Below are positions 41,084-64,000 of a stretch of 64,000 nucleotides of DNA, piece by piece (the first letter of the stretch is position 1; each line of letters starts with the position of its first letter). Source of the DNA: Chrysomallon squamiferum. Taxonomy: Eukaryota > Animalia > Mollusca. The notes beneath the pieces are model-generated. The model saw only the letters and a program-made list of their open reading frames with translations, did not search any database and had not been told where the DNA came from. Both the position numbers and the translations under genes were made by a program. Where the stretch lies: the NCBI GenBank assembly GCA_012295275.1, contig CM022676.1:4216001-4280000 (forward strand). Direction: 5' to 3'.

Positions 41084-41516
41084 TATACACATACATAGGT
41101 ATAGTATACATACCCACAAACAGATATTTATAAACACAGACACACACAATAGAAAGAGTATGCTACTCAATGACTTGACAGAAAGAGTATCATGTGTTTT
41201 AGGTTAAATCTTTAGTTCGTCTTTTTTCATAGATGACTGGTTTTAAACTGAGAGGTAGAGTTAGAACATACAACAACAAAACTGTCCACGTGATGTCATG
41301 ACGTAGGAAACAAAACTTGGCAAAGATGTTGTGCAGGTCATGTTACTATTCAAAACGGCCGCCCTTTATCTATGCAGCTGAGATTTCTAATTATAAAAAA
41401 TGCACACGCACACTTACTTACACGCGCAGACACGCACACTCAGATACATTGATACCCGATCATACACATATACACATATACCACCTATCTGCCTACGCTC
41501 ATAAATATTATATGCA

Positions 41517-41551
<35 letters not shown>

Positions 41552-41830
41552 GGACATAACAAAGGGAAGTTACGTAACTACTAAACGTATACATACATAT
41601 ATATACACACGTATACATACAAAGATACATTATACATAAATATATTCATAGATATATACATACATACATATGCACACACGGATAATACATACGTACATAC
41701 ATGCATACATATGCTTTAAAAATTAGTATATGCATAGATATGTACACACGCATACAGATATACATATATACGAACATACGAATAGACAAAAAAACCAATA
41801 ACATAAGCATATATAGACACACATGTACAT

Positions 41831-41946
<116 letters not shown>

Positions 41947-43604
41947 CCTCATACACATAACCATGAAAAGCAATCCGGATCACATCTGACATAAAATAAC
42001 TGACAAGCCTCATGAAGTAAAACTCTGCATATTTTATTCAAAGATTATTTTCATTATAAAATAAAAATAATAAACAATAAAAAAGTAAATAATAAAAATA
42101 AAAATAAAATAAAGAAAGTAAAAACTTGTTTCCTTTCTCGGAACACAGAAGAATACGGGACAGTTTCTACACTCTTTCACTTTGTTATGACACGGGTGCA
42201 AATCCGATCGTAGGAGAAAAAGTTTTATCGGTGTAACTAATCTTTCTTATGCAGCTGTTTCATATCGTGTTGAATTACACTTGACAAAGTCGTCCGAGAG
42301 ACGGATCCAGTGATATTTATAGGGGGTGTTGCTTGTTTGGTTATTATATCTGTACAAACAGAACTAGGCGTTCTTGGGCGTTTTGTTAAGCATATAATCT
42401 ATATATCGGTCTGTATGTATATGTATGTATGTATGTTTATGTGTGTATGTATGTGTGTGTGATAAAACATTTCATCACTGGGCCTACCAGGTGAATTGAC
42501 TTGAAATGCACTGTTTTTTTATCGTGATACTTCATTAAATAACAATTGTAAAGGTATCCATACAAGAAGGTAGTGAGAGTAAATCTTACAACTTGGCAAA
42601 GAAGAAAAATATTTTTTATTCATAGCAGTGAACACAAGAAAGTAGTAAATAATAGATAATAAAATTAAAACGATATTTTATTAACTGCTGTGAAAACAAG
42701 GAATTATCGAGGAAAAGATAGTATGAAACACAAAATTTATATAACATAATATATCATAACATAACAGTACACTACACAACGGAACGTATTCATACAATAT
42801 TAAAATATGTAATCTGAATAATAATAACAAAAACATTAACACACAATATAACACACATAACAGGGTAACATAAACTATTGAACATATTCCATTTAAACAT
42901 AAAAATAATAAAATGCATATATAAATATACATAACATAACACAAAAATAACATAATATATCAACAACAATAACAGTTTCTTTCATTCACTACACAACACA
43001 TACACAACGTCAAAACACATACCATGTAAAACGGGCCAGCTATGTTCCAATATGAGAACATAAAAAATAAAACATCTATGCTAACAAGATAATAACAAAA
43101 CCTATCATCTCTGTTTTAGTTTCACCTAAAAAAGACACATTTAATACATTCATGTAAAATTTAAATATGGAAATACACACACAAATTTAAAAAAAATAAA
43201 AAAAAATAAATAAAAAAAAAAAAAAAAAACTAAAATAAAGAAAGAATTAAATAACAAGAAGAATAAAACTTCTGTTTTAGAAATAACTTTATTCAAAATT
43301 CAACGCATGTGTGACATATTGCATTGTGTATTTTTACTCATTCAGTTTTTTGGCTTTAGTTTATTAATAAATATGCAGAGCAAAGTGTTGATATTGTGTA
43401 TGAAGTGGATTTAAGTTGCTATGTTAAAGGATAAAGTTTATGTTGCCTAGGATAATAAATAAATGAAAAAGGAGCCAATGAGACATGTGTTCATATTGTG
43501 TATGAAGCAGGAAGTAAACCTGATCCGTTAAACGAATAAAGTACAACAAGAAGGCGTCGAAAACTGCTTTTACATTAACAGAAGTAAAAACAAAAATACT
43601 GGAA

Positions 43605-43662
43605 ATGAGTTGTAAGTTATTCTGTGTGTTCGTTTTACTGGGATGTGTAATTCACGTACAAG
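43605..43662 (+). CDS. G4 signal-peptide exon
   Basis: MSCKLFCVFVLLGCVIHVQ-G|gtatgt. Confidence 0.8.
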
Positions 43663-45722
43663 GTATGTATTTTATATTCCTCACAAAAGACAGACGTTCC
43701 ATAAAGTATAGTATAGCATAAACAACAGAAGACACGGTTGAGTGCATTTACTAATTGCCTGCCGTTAACCGTGAATAACACATGTAATAAATTATAGACT
43801 GGTCCGATACAACTAAATACAGAAAACAGAACAAAATTATATAAAATTAGATTTATTAATAGATTTATTTGTAGATTTATTAATTACATTTACCAGATTA
43901 TAATTAGCCTCTCGCTGATGTTTTTATGAACAGACTGGAGCATATCATTGAATCAGTGACGGCTGTTCAGGATACATTACCTAATAAAGAATTTTCTGTA
44001 TCAAATGGCGTGTCTGCATTATAGGCTGTCTTTCTGTGTTTTGAGAGGGAACCATTTATCTGTACCTGAGTATTTAATTTACAAACTGTGAAATTTAGAC
44101 TCAGTCGAAGTTATGTTTCGTTGACTAATGTAAAAGATATATATGGGTAATTGTGTGATTTGAATTTTTGAAATATATCTATTAAAACATGGGACAATAA
44201 CAAAACACAACATAACATAACATAACAACATGACGGTCCATAAATACATACTAACTTAACGTAACGTAAATGTAAATATAAAATAAAATATAAATAAATA
44301 AATAAAAATAAATAAATAAAAATAAAAAAAACATTCAAGAAAACTATTCAAATGTTTAACAAGAATGTATTTATTGTTATTATTATTTTAAATTTTAGGT
44401 CTGAATTACAATTTAACAACATCAGACAGATATGCAATTGGTGGATCACCTTTTACTTTTATCTGCCAGAGAAATTATTATTTTCATGAAATAAGTTGGT
44501 TTGAGAATAAAGCACAATATACACGATGCGTGATCTAGAAACACGGTCAGTGTCATTTTTAGTAAAACATCCAGAAAAAGATACAATTTTTTATTATCTG
44601 TTCAGATGAACTCAAAACTCTGACAATAAAATCAGTTGAAACTCAGTCAACATGGGACAGTGTGGAGATGTGGTGATTACAGACCACGCAGCAATGTAAT
44701 AAAACTTGAAGTGAGAGGTAAAACTTATCTTTATTTATTTTTATCATCCTACAAAATATATTAACTGATGACAAAACAATAAACTAAATAAATAGTTGTA
44801 ATACATTATAGAATAATCCGATACAACTAAATACAGAACAAAACAACAAAATCAAAAAATTACATTTATCAACATCATTTCGATTTAAATAGTTGTACAT
44901 CGATAACTAATTATAACAGAGCAACCAACAATTTCTACTGTCAGAACAAAACTATGAAGAAAATGATGATGAAGCTGCCGACCATGATGATGATGATGTT
45001 GATAATGTTTCTGTTCTTTTTCCAGATGGTCCTGGAACATCACTCAAACTGAGTACTTCGTCTTTTGTGACTGCTGTGGAAGGAAGTGACGTCACAGTGT
45101 CTTGTTCGGCGACGTGTTTCATCTCGTGCAATTATCAATGGAAGGTCGAAGATGACGTCATAAGTAACACAAGCATTCTGTCATTGGCTGATATTGATCG
45201 ATCACAGACAGGTCTCTATGTGTGTACGGCTGAAAATGGAGATACGAACCAAACTGCTAATAAAACACTTCATTTGACTGTACATTGTAAGTAAGAAACT
45301 AATTATAGTAAAAATGGAAATAATAAAATTCACAAATGATTTAGTATTTGTTAGAGTTGTATGCTTAAAATATCAGACAATCAGTTATAAACGTGTATAG
45401 TTAACAGAGAGGTTTAGCATAGACGGACTCCGTCAAGATATTAGATCACGTACAGAATCTACAATACCGGTCACTTACGTAACTCATCTTCAGTTTAGTT
45501 TCCACGTACAACCCAAGGCTCATTCACGTTTTTTCTTCCGAAAAGGAACAGAAAATCAACAGACAAGTTTACATTTTCAAAATGATTGTCGTGTGACTAG
45601 GGTAAGCTTGTACCATACACAAGTTAAAAATTATGCACTTTTCTTATAGTCTGCCAAACAAAACCAAAAACAATAACAACAACGATAATAACAACAACAA
45701 CAATAACAACAACAACAACAAC

Positions 45723-45753
<31 letters not shown>

Positions 45754-45918
45754 GTAATAACAACAATAATAGCAACAACAACAAAAATGGCAACAGTATA
45801 AGGAGCTATAGCAATAATAATCAAGATGACAAAGACCACGATGTTGATAATGATGGTGATGATTACGATGATAACGATTTTGTATTTATTTATTTATTTA
45901 TTTATTTATTTGTTCATA

Positions 45919-45956
<38 letters not shown>

Positions 45957-47125
45957 TTTTTTTTTTACAGATGGTCCCGGCAGCTCACTTCGAGTCAATT
46001 CTTCATCTGACATCTCTGTAGAGGAAGGAAGTGACGTCACAATATCATGCAAAGCCGATTGCTTTGTCAAATGCTTTTACAGATGGGAACTGACCAATCA
46101 GATTGTCAGTAACAACGAACTACTGGCACTGACTAATATTACGAGATTTCAAGATGGCGTCTACAAATGCATTGCTTCTAATCCGGATACGAACCAAACA
46201 TCACATACGAACATTATTATTAATATTAAGTGTGAGTTTTAATTCATTTTATTTTGAGATTAATTTTGAATACAAATAATAAAATAGAAATAAAAACTAT
46301 TCACAGAGATCCAACGTGCGAATATCAAGTCTGTAGAATGGTTTAGATAGACGGGCTCGGTCAACGTATTAGATCACGTACAGGATGTACGATACGGGTC
46401 ACGTACATAACTCATATTCAGTTTAGCTTCCACGTATACCCCAAGGCTCATTCACGTTTTTTTTCCGCTAAGGTTTTATAACATTTAGTTTACTATTTCT
46501 AGATGATTGTCAAGACTGAATACAGATCATAAAAATAAAATTTATATTTTCTTATTCAGAGAGATTCAACAACAACAACAACAACAATAACAAAAATAAC
46601 AACAATAAAAATAACAGATACTGAGAGTAAGAGAGAATAATAGAGAACAAGAACAACAAAAATGGCGACAGATTAGAGCTATAGAAAGAGAATCATGCTC
46701 ACGTACACCATCCATGACAAACAATACGGGAAACTAAACAAAAGTTTAGCTTCCACGTACAACCCAATTGACGTTTTTTTTTTCCCAATAAGTTCATGAT
46801 GAAAATCAACAGACAAGTTTACATTTTCAAAATGATTGTCGTTTTTGACTAGGGGTAAGCTTGGACCATATATAAGTTAAAAATTATGCACTTTTCTTTT
46901 AGTCTGTGGAAACAACAACAATAACAATAACAATAATAATAGTGTTGCTAATAATAATAGTAATAATAACAAGAATAGCAACAACAACAACAAAAATGGG
47001 AACAGTATCAGCAACTATAGCAATAATAATCATGATGACGAAGACCACTATGTTGATAATGATGGTGATGATTATGATGATGACGATAAAGCTGATTAAA
47101 TAGAAAAAAAGTATTTATTTATTTA

Positions 47126-47186
<61 letters not shown>

Positions 47187-48760
47187 TTTATTTTTTATTT
47201 TATTTCAATTTAATTTATTTTTTCACAGATGGTCCCGGTAGTTCACTTCGAGTCAATTCTTCATCTGACATCACTGTAGAGGAAGGAAGTGACGTAACAA
47301 TATCATGCAAAGCCGAATGCTTTGTCAAATGCCTTTACAGATGGGAACTGACGAATCAGATTGTCAGTAACAACGGACTACTGGCACTGACTAATATCAC
47401 GAGATTTCAAGATGGCGTCTACACATGCATTGCTTCTAATCCGGATACGAACCAAACATCACAGACGAAAATTATTCTTAATATTAAGTGTGAGTGGGAG
47501 AATAAACTAAATGTAACGTTTATATGCTGCGCTGCAGTATATATATATATATATATATTCACGTCTGTATATATATTTGTATGCTTATATGTGTATAAGT
47601 CTGCATGAATGTATGTATGTATGTATGTATGTATGTATACGTATTTGTATATGCATCTTTATAAATATATGTACGTATGTATGTGTGTGTGTGCATCTGT
47701 ATGCAGCATGAGTTTATGTAGTATGCATCTATGCATGTTTGTTACAGAAATTACTTAGATCATTTAGCAACAGCAAATAAATAATTACCTAGTCTGTGAA
47801 GATATATTGATAATATCAAATATACAAATTAAGTAATTATTGAAGACATATACAAATATATTAATTCAATGTCACATTTTTATTTGTGCTAACGAATTTT
47901 CAGGTGCTGTAGAAGACAACGGACAGTTCGGAAAAGGATTTGGCAGCGGTTTTGGAACTTTCCTTGTTCTGTCTGTTATCATTGTCATTGTCGTTGTTCT
48001 CTACGTCCGAAACAAAAGTAGTATTTCTTTAATTTTTGTTTGTTTGCTTATTTATTTTTGTTTTGTTTGTTTGTTTCTTATTTATTTATTTGTTTGCTTG
48101 TTTGTTAGTTTCTTTCTTTCTTTTTTATTTATTTGTTTACTAATTTGTTTATTTCTTTTTGTTTTACTTTCTATTGTTTATTTATTCATTCATTCATCCA
48201 TTTGTTTGTTGCTTCGTTTATTCATTCATTCATTTATTCATTGAATCATGCTATTGCTTCTTTATTGTTTGTATCTTTATTTGTTTCTTTGTTCGTTTGT
48301 TTCTTTTATTATATATTTTATTCAGTTTTACGTAATAGTACAAGGGAGATAAATCTAGTATAATTTACACAATTACCCTGAACATAGTAACCAAACCTGT
48401 TTTCGCGACTAACTGGGAATTTCAGACACCTGATAAAGAAAAATGATTTACAAGCAGAACAAGATTTAATCATGGATTTATTTCAGACAGACATCATACT
48501 AAAAATATTTCACGATCGGTACTATTCCCAGTAATGAGGTCTGCAATTACGTAGCATGATTTGAAGAGAGGGGTATATTGTATACATAATAATAGCTAGT
48601 ACTACTATCACTTCTACCATCACCACCACCACCACCACCACCACTACTACTACTATAACTACTACTACTACTACTCCTACTATTACATTACTATGTGCAT
48701 GATGGTGATGATGATACTATTATTATTATTACTATTATTATTATTATTATTATTATTATA

Positions 48761-48831
<71 letters not shown>

Positions 48832-49195
48832 AGGAAAGAAGAAGGCAGCTTCTAATCCAGAAAGGTATTTTAATTTATATATTTGTACTACTTTTCTTTA
48901 TATCTCTAGAATATATTCATGTGTTTTCGTACGTACATACGCATGTTTATATTCATTTATATATGGATGAGTGTATGTAAGCATATATCTATGTACGTAT
49001 GAGCGTCTGTCTGTATATATATATATATGTATGTATGAGTGTATGGTATGTGTACATGTATATGTGTTTGCATTTCTTTGTATTCAGATTATTATATGTA
49101 ATATGTTATTTACTTTTGAAATTTCAGAATCAGCTCAAATCAACCTGTGTACTACAATGTTGGTCCGATTTCTGGTAAGTTTACATGTATACATT

Positions 49196-49240
<45 letters not shown>

Positions 49241-49258
49241 ATATTAGGACCTACATAC

Positions 49259-49295
<37 letters not shown>

Positions 49296-49541
49296 TATAT
49301 AGAAACACAAATACACCTACATATCTACATATATGTATACACTCATGTATATTAATACACGGAACACATACATGAACGCGCTAACAATGTTTATATAAGT
49401 CAAAAGATAATTTCATTCCATGTTTCAGATAATCAGACTGCAACAGCAGCTGTACATCAAGACACAGGGAATCCATATTCTTCTCTAGAGGAAAGACGAA
49501 ATGACGTCCCATATGAAGTCATCAAGTTTGAGAACAAATGA
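43605..49541 (+). CDS. G4: IgSF receptor, leader-A-B-D-D-TM-linker-YYNV-ITAM (exon A has indels; E deleted)
   Basis: Exon chain reconstructed by hand. The 42700-47100 region looks noisy. Confidence 0.75.
44399..44717 (+). pseudogene. G4 Ig exon A with indels
   Basis: 319 nt, frameshifted after SWFENK. Confidence 0.6.
45026..45286 (+). CDS. G4 Ig exon B
   Basis: 261 nt, open. Confidence 0.85.
45971..46231 (+). CDS. G4 Ig exon D (1)
   Basis: 261 nt, open. Confidence 0.85.
47229..47489 (+). CDS. G4 Ig exon D (2)
   Basis: 261 nt, open. It is followed at about 47496-47526 by a 30-nt remnant of exon E. Confidence 0.85.
47904..48020 (+). CDS. G4 transmembrane exon
   Basis: AVEDNGQFGKGFGSGFGTFLVLSVIIVIVVVLYVRNKS. 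Confidence 0.85.
48834..48864 (+). CDS. G4 31-nt juxtamembrane exon
   Basis: RKKKAASNPER, phase 1-2. Confidence 0.75.
49128..49174 (+). CDS. G4 cytoplasmic YYNV exon
   Basis: 47 nt, phase 2-1; ISSNQPVYYNVGPIS. Confidence 0.78.
49429..49541 (+). CDS. G4 terminal ITAM exon
   Basis: DNQTATAAVHQDTGNPYSSLEERRNDVPYEVIKFENK-stop. Confidence 0.8.
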
Positions 49542-50338
49542 GATCCTGTTCATGAACGATAAACAAGGAAACAAGTACTGTTTGTCAATCATTCACTTTT
49601 TAAGGCACTTTCACGAAAACTTGAAGAATATTAATTTGTTAAATATTTGTATTAAAATAGAGAGACTTCAGTTTCTGCAGTGACACCAGATTTGAACTGT
49701 GTAAAGGGCTACCTGTGAGAAAAGTTATGAACATTTTAATGAGTTGCCAATCGCGAATTTCGACCATTCACTAACATTGTGTCAATTGTGAATGCAACTA
49801 TGTTAAAATCTCGTCATATTTATCCGTTAAAATTAAGTATTAAGTAGATACACATAAAAACATAAATTAAAAAAAGAAAATAGTTTTATCAATCTCAGTA
49901 ATGGCTTCCCGCGATGATATCCAAGAAATGATACTTTGGTCCTATTCGCAAATTTTCTATTTTTATTTTATTTAATTTGTTTTACATTTTTTCCTGTATA
50001 ACGGTGACATGAGAAATGAAATTCCTGGCTGACAATGACAGAATAAAACTATGTTTACAGTTTTCTTTACTAACAAGAGTACCCGCTCTAGTGTCTGGTA
50101 ACCCGTATCATTTTTTGGTGATACTTTTGAGTTCTTCATCTTTTTAGACTCAATCTGCATTGAGTGGGGTTTAATTCTGTATGATGAATTTATGATGATT
50201 CTATAAATGTTTAAGGATTGCGTACGAACTGGTTTTTCATATTAACGGCTTGGATTGTATTTAAAACGTACGAATACATAAGAATTCAAGTCAAGAACTT
50301 TTCAATCCTTGGTTATATCCATTGTTGATACTTCGTTT

Positions 50339-50532
50339 CCGGGACAGTCTGTGAAGAAATAATAATTAATAATATTAATAATTAATAAATAAATAAATAC
50401 ATCGATGATATTTGTTTGTTTCTATTATTATCAACATGATTCTCAGTATAATAATAATCATCAACGATATCGTCATCTTCATCATGATTATTATTGTTAT
50501 AACTGGTGATACTGTTGTTGTTGTTGTTGTTG

Positions 50533-50602
<70 letters not shown>

Positions 50603-52467
50603 ATTGAAATTATAATACCTCTAACTTTCAACACAATTGTGTTACTCGAATACTGATGATCGATATTTTCACATCGCCAAATATTTTCTTGTTGATTTCT
50701 GTTCAAAGATGTTATAGTAATTAGAAACTTGTTACGGAAACATTTGAAAGTGTAATTTCCACTAATACGTGACAAAACATCACAGTGTCCGGGACCAAAA
50801 CGTAACACGTCATAGCTGACGTCATTCTCAAACCAAGTGACGCGATGTGATGTTTGGAAAATCTGACATGTCAACGTAAATGAAAGACCGCTGACAGCGT
50901 AATGGGCAGATCCTCGAAGATTCGGCCGTCCTGAAAGTAAACTGTAAACACTGAACACACCCTGGCACGCCCACACCCTGAGACACACAGAGAGAGACAC
51001 ACACTCAGATAAATACATAGATAAAGCAATCTATACCGTAACAAAGTGAGTCTGATCTTATCTGGATATTCTGAATAAACGTTTATATCTGGGTCTCTGA
51101 TATTATAAATTTACACATCTAACAAATATTGACTTGTTTGTTTATTTTATCATTTGTATTTTTACTATAATTAGTGTCTTACTTACGATGAACAGTCAAA
51201 TGAAGTGTTTTATTGGCAGTTTATTTCGTATCTGGATTTGCAGCCACCCACACATAGAGACGTGATTGTGCTATATGAACATTAGCCAATGAGAGAATGC
51301 TTGTTTTACTTATGACGTCATTTGCGACCTTCCATTCATATTTACACGTGATGAAACACGTCGCCGCACAAGACACTGTGACGTCACTTCCTTCCAAAGC
51401 AGTCACAACAGACAAAGTATTCAGTTTGAGCGATGTTCCAGGACCATCTGTAAAAACCAAAAACATTATCAACATCATCATCATCATTATCGACAGCTTC
51501 ATCATCATTTTCTTGATATTTTTGTTTTATTCTTTCTGACAGTTTAAATTGTGGGTTGCTCGTATTGTTAGTTATGGATGTTGTCGTCGAAGTGATGATG
51601 ATACCGTAGTGTTTCAGTTGTTGCTGATGATATTACAATTATTACTAATGTCGCTAATATTTATTTATTTTGTTATTTATTTATTTAAATTTATTTTGCT
51701 AATATTTTCGCTGATTTATTTAGTTTATTGTGTTGTCATCATTAACAGTACATATTTCGATTATAATAAAACTGATTTTTACCTCTCTCTTCCAGTTTTA
51801 TTTCATTGCTGCCTGGATTAAAATCACCACATCTCCACACTGTTCCATGTTGACTGAGTTTCACTGATTTTATTGTCAGAGTGTGAATACCATTTGAACA
51901 GTTAAAAGTGTATTCTTCTGGATGTTCATTATGAAAATGACACTGACCGTGTCCATCTAAATGACTCATCTTGTATATTGTGTTATTCTCAAACCAACTT
52001 ATTACAAAAAAATGAAAATCTCTCTGGCAGGTAAAAGTAAAAGGTGATCCACAAATTGCATATCTGTCTGATGTTGTTAAATTGTAATACAGACCTAAAA
52101 TATAAAATAATAATAAAAAATTCAAATAAAATTAAACTCACTTTTTTATTATTACATTCTTATTAAGTTTGTGTGTTATTTTTATTAATTTATTTATTTA
52201 TTATTTATTTATAGTTTATTCCATAATTAAGTTACATTACGTTACGGTACTTTACACTGTGTTATGGACCGTCATTTTGTTATGTTATGTTATGTTATTG
52301 TCTCATGTTTTGATACAGATATGTTTCAAAAATTCAAATCACACAATAAGGCATATATTTTTTACATTAGTCAAGGAAACATAACTTCGACGCAATATAA
52401 AATACATACCTTGTACGTAAATTACACATCCCAGTAAAACGAACACACAGAATAACTTACAACTCAT
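50339..52467 (-). pseudogene. G5: truncated IgSF paralog (leader 52467-52410, A 52094-51783, B 51447-51187 with premature stop, C 50930-50619, D cut after ~10 nt)
   Basis: Exon B has YVC>YVW and CAA>TAA at 51221-51223. No TM or cytoplasmic exons. Confidence 0.8.
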
Positions 52468-55357
52468 TTCCAGTGTTTTAGTTTTAACTGACGTTAATAG
52501 AAATATAGTTACTTTCTTTTCTTGACTGCTTTCTCGATTTTGCTGCTGCTAATGTGAAAGCAGTTTTCGACGCCTTCTTGTTGTACTTTCCTCTGGTAAT
52601 TTATGAGATTTCCTTCCGGGTCATTGGCTGTACATATTTATTAATAAACTTTATCCTGGTAGCGTATCAGGTTTCCTTCCTGCTTCATACACAATATGAA
52701 CACTAGTCTCATTGGCTCTGCATATTTATTAATAAACTTTATTCTGGTAAAGTATCAGGTGTGCATCCTGTATATACATAATATAAACACTAGTCTCATA
52801 CTCGATTGAATCAGAAAAATACATAATGCACTCTGAGATATAACATATAGCGTTGTATTTTGAATAGTAAATTCTGCTTAGAGTGTTATTTCTTCTTCTT
52901 CGTTTTCTTTTTATGTTATTTTCTTTTTTCTTTTTTATAATTTTTTTTTTATTATTATTATTTTTTTACTGATGTCCGAGTGTATTTATGCACCTTTATA
53001 AGGGTGTGTAAACATATTTTACCATACAGGTGTATGTATTTCCATATACATATATATATAGACATGTAGTTAAGTATATATGTATGTATGTATATATTCT
53101 GTATGTATATATGTAAGTATGTGTGTATATATGTGTTTCCATACTTACATTCATACACACACACACGCACACACGTACGTTTATAACTTAAGTAACTTCC
53201 CTTTATTATGTCCCTTGTCTGTTTTCCTATTCTAACTCCTTGCAGAGAATTCGTTTAACCCATGTTCTGTCGTTTCATTAGACGTACTTTCTTATATACG
53301 TAATTATATATTCAGAGACAGTGATTGGATAGAGAGATGGATGGATGTGTGGATACAGTGAAGTAAAGAAAGAACAATCAGACAGAGTAACAGGTAAATA
53401 GAGAATAACAGAAAAGAAAAGAGAGGTGTGTAAAATCAGAACAGTTGAAATACAAAAATCGATGGAGAAAGCTTGTTATAAACAAAAACACAGAAACAGA
53501 GTAACACATTTAAAAGACAAAGAGAAACATTACTTTCTTATTGTGTACAAAGGGAAAGAATAAAATACAGCAGAGAACTGGAAAATGTATTTATTATATC
53601 AACGATAAAAATCTTTGTTATCGCGAACACATAATCAAATCTGCTAATATGATAAAGAAAGATAACATAGTGAGCAGTAAAATAGTACACACTAGTTTAG
53701 TTGTTACATCAGTTCCCTTCATTTCGTCCCTTGTCCTATTTCCCGTTCTAACTGCTTGTAGACAAATTCCTTTAACCCATTTTCTATCATTTCAATCATT
53801 GTTACACAAGGAACAATAAGCAATCTTGTTTTTGTTTTTTTTTCGTTTTTTTATAATGATTCCTCTTCCTGAGTTCCTTTTAAGTCTGGATAACATTTAA
53901 AATCAACGATTTAGATCTGCTAGTACAGTTCTAGAAGTTTGAAAAGAGGGTAAAAGAAAGAAAAAACAAATTAAACTCTTCAGGACAACAGAGATAAGTT
54001 TCCTAATTTATTCAAAGCCATATTTTAGTAATATATCTGTGTTCAGAGATGGAAAAGGGTACAGATATAAGTGATTACATCAGTTATTTTGTATTTTTCT
54101 CTACCCCAGTTCTTCCGTTCCTTTTCTTTGTTATAAATGTAGTGTGCAAAAAATACTGAAGGCGTACAACAGTAATTATAAATCAGAATGTCAGCCACAA
54201 GTCGATTCATTAGAACAGAGAAACACACGTTTGAAGGGTGCAAGGGAAAATATTGTATGTGGATTTTATTATTGATTGATTTATTTATTTATTTATTTAT
54301 TTATTTATTTTTCTGGTCAACATCGTAGCTAGGCAGTATATCATATTTGATCCATTTCTGAAGATTATGATTTATTTTTTATTTATTTGATACCGCTGTT
54401 TACAGTAATTTTGTTATTTAAATCATCGAGAGATTTTTTTGTTAACAAAAGCCATTGTGTTTCAAAGCGGTGGTTACTAAGAAATAATAGAAATGTCATG
54501 ACGTCAGAACCTTCCTAACAATATTCCTCTTGTCATCTGGCTATACTGCTTGGCCGTGTCATCCGTTGTCCTGGAAACAAAGTATCAACAAATGGAATTC
54601 CACGGGTTGAACAGTTCTTCACGTGAATCCCATGTATTCGTCCGTTTTAAATACTACCCAAGCCGTTAATATGAAAAACCAGTCCGTACTCACTCCTCAC
54701 ACTTTTACAGAAATCTTCATCAAATCATCGGACACATTTAAACCCCACTCAATGCAGATTGAGTGTAAAAAGATGAAGAACTCAAAAGTATCACCAAAAA
54801 TGATACGGGTTACCAGACACTAGCGCGGGTACTCTTGTTAGTACAGAAAACTGTAAATATAGTTTTATTCTGTCATTGTCAGCCAGGAATTTCATTTCTC
54901 ATGTCACCATTATAAAAGAAAGTTTTTTAAGAAATAAAATAAAATAAAAACAGAAAATTTGCGAATTTGACCGAAGTTTCATTTCTTGGATATCATGGCG
55001 GGAATCCATTACTGAGATTGATAAAACTTTTTTTTTTATGTGTATCTATTTAATACGTTAATTTTACATGATAAATAACACGAGATTTTAATATAGTTAC
55101 ATTCACAATTCACGCAATGTTAATGAATGGTAGAAATTCGGGATTAGCAACTCATTAAAATACGTATAACCTTTCTCACAGGTAGCTATTTACCCAGTTC
55201 AAATCTGTCGTTACTGTAGAAACTGAAGTCTTTGTATTTTAATAAAAAAATAAAACTAAAATAAATAAAACATTTAACAACTTAATATTCTTGAAGTTTT
55301 CGTGAAGGTGTCCTTAAGAGGTGAATGATTAACAAACAGTTCTTGTTTCCTTGTTTA

Positions 55358-63421
<8,064 letters not shown>

Positions 63422-64000
63422 TTCCAGTATTTTAGTTTTCACTGTCGTTAATGAAAATATATACTGTCTTAGCTATGTTTTTCTCTTTTAAATTCTTCCT
63501 TGTTTTCTTTCCTGTTGATGCGTCACCACGTTTATTTTCTGTTTCGTAAGTAAAACACCCTTTATATTCTTTGTAAAATAGACTGTAATAGACTGTAATC
63601 TGTAATAGACTGGATTCAATCGACTCACTTCTTCAGTCTACGAAAAGACAGTCTACACGAAACTGATTATACTTTGAGATTTTATATTATTATTATTTAA
63701 CGTTAGTGGTATTAGCATACATTTATGTAATAATGCTATGAATTATTGACAATGTTTTAGTTCAGGAATGGGCAAGCTTTTTTCAACAAGCTGGCCACAT
63801 GAGAAATGACTCATCCTCAGTTGGGCTGCTGTTACTAATTTAGGCGATTTTGTGTTTTTACGTAGAGTTAATTTAAGAAATTTTTCATTTTCATTTACTT
63901 CAGGAACTGTTATAAAACTGTTTTTTTATGACTAGTTTAGACGAATTCGTATGAACGACTGCGCATATTGGCGTATGTGTTTATGATACAAGGAAAAGTA

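Overview
This is AT-rich, microsatellite-dense, intron-containing animal genomic DNA. The repeat style suggests a coleoid cephalopod or other mollusc, but that is an inference. Nearly the whole window is one cluster of six paralogous immunoglobulin-superfamily (IgSF) type-I membrane receptor genes: G1 (-, runs off the left edge), G2 (+), G3 (+), G4 (+), G5 (-, truncated pseudogene) and G6 (-). I reconstructed the exons by hand from GT-AG sites and codon phase. Each gene has a signal-peptide exon, a variable set of phase 1-1 single-Ig exons (types A/A' and C V-like, B and D C2/I-like, E membrane-proximal), and, where the 3' end is present (G2, G3, G4, G6), a GxxxG-rich TM exon and small cytoplasmic exons. 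The ORF track misses the cytoplasmic exons, which encode canonical ITAM-like motifs (ExxYSSL-x8-YxxL/I). G3 has four tandem ITAM exons and G2 at least two. G4 and G6 instead have a YYNV (pYxN) exon plus one ITAM-like motif. Paralog differences concentrate in the CDR-equivalent loops of the V-like domains. The locus looks like a rapidly diversifying, exon-shuffled invertebrate immune or allorecognition receptor family. Most other ORFs in the track are microsatellite artefacts. Two 200-N gaps and several probable consensus indels limit certainty.
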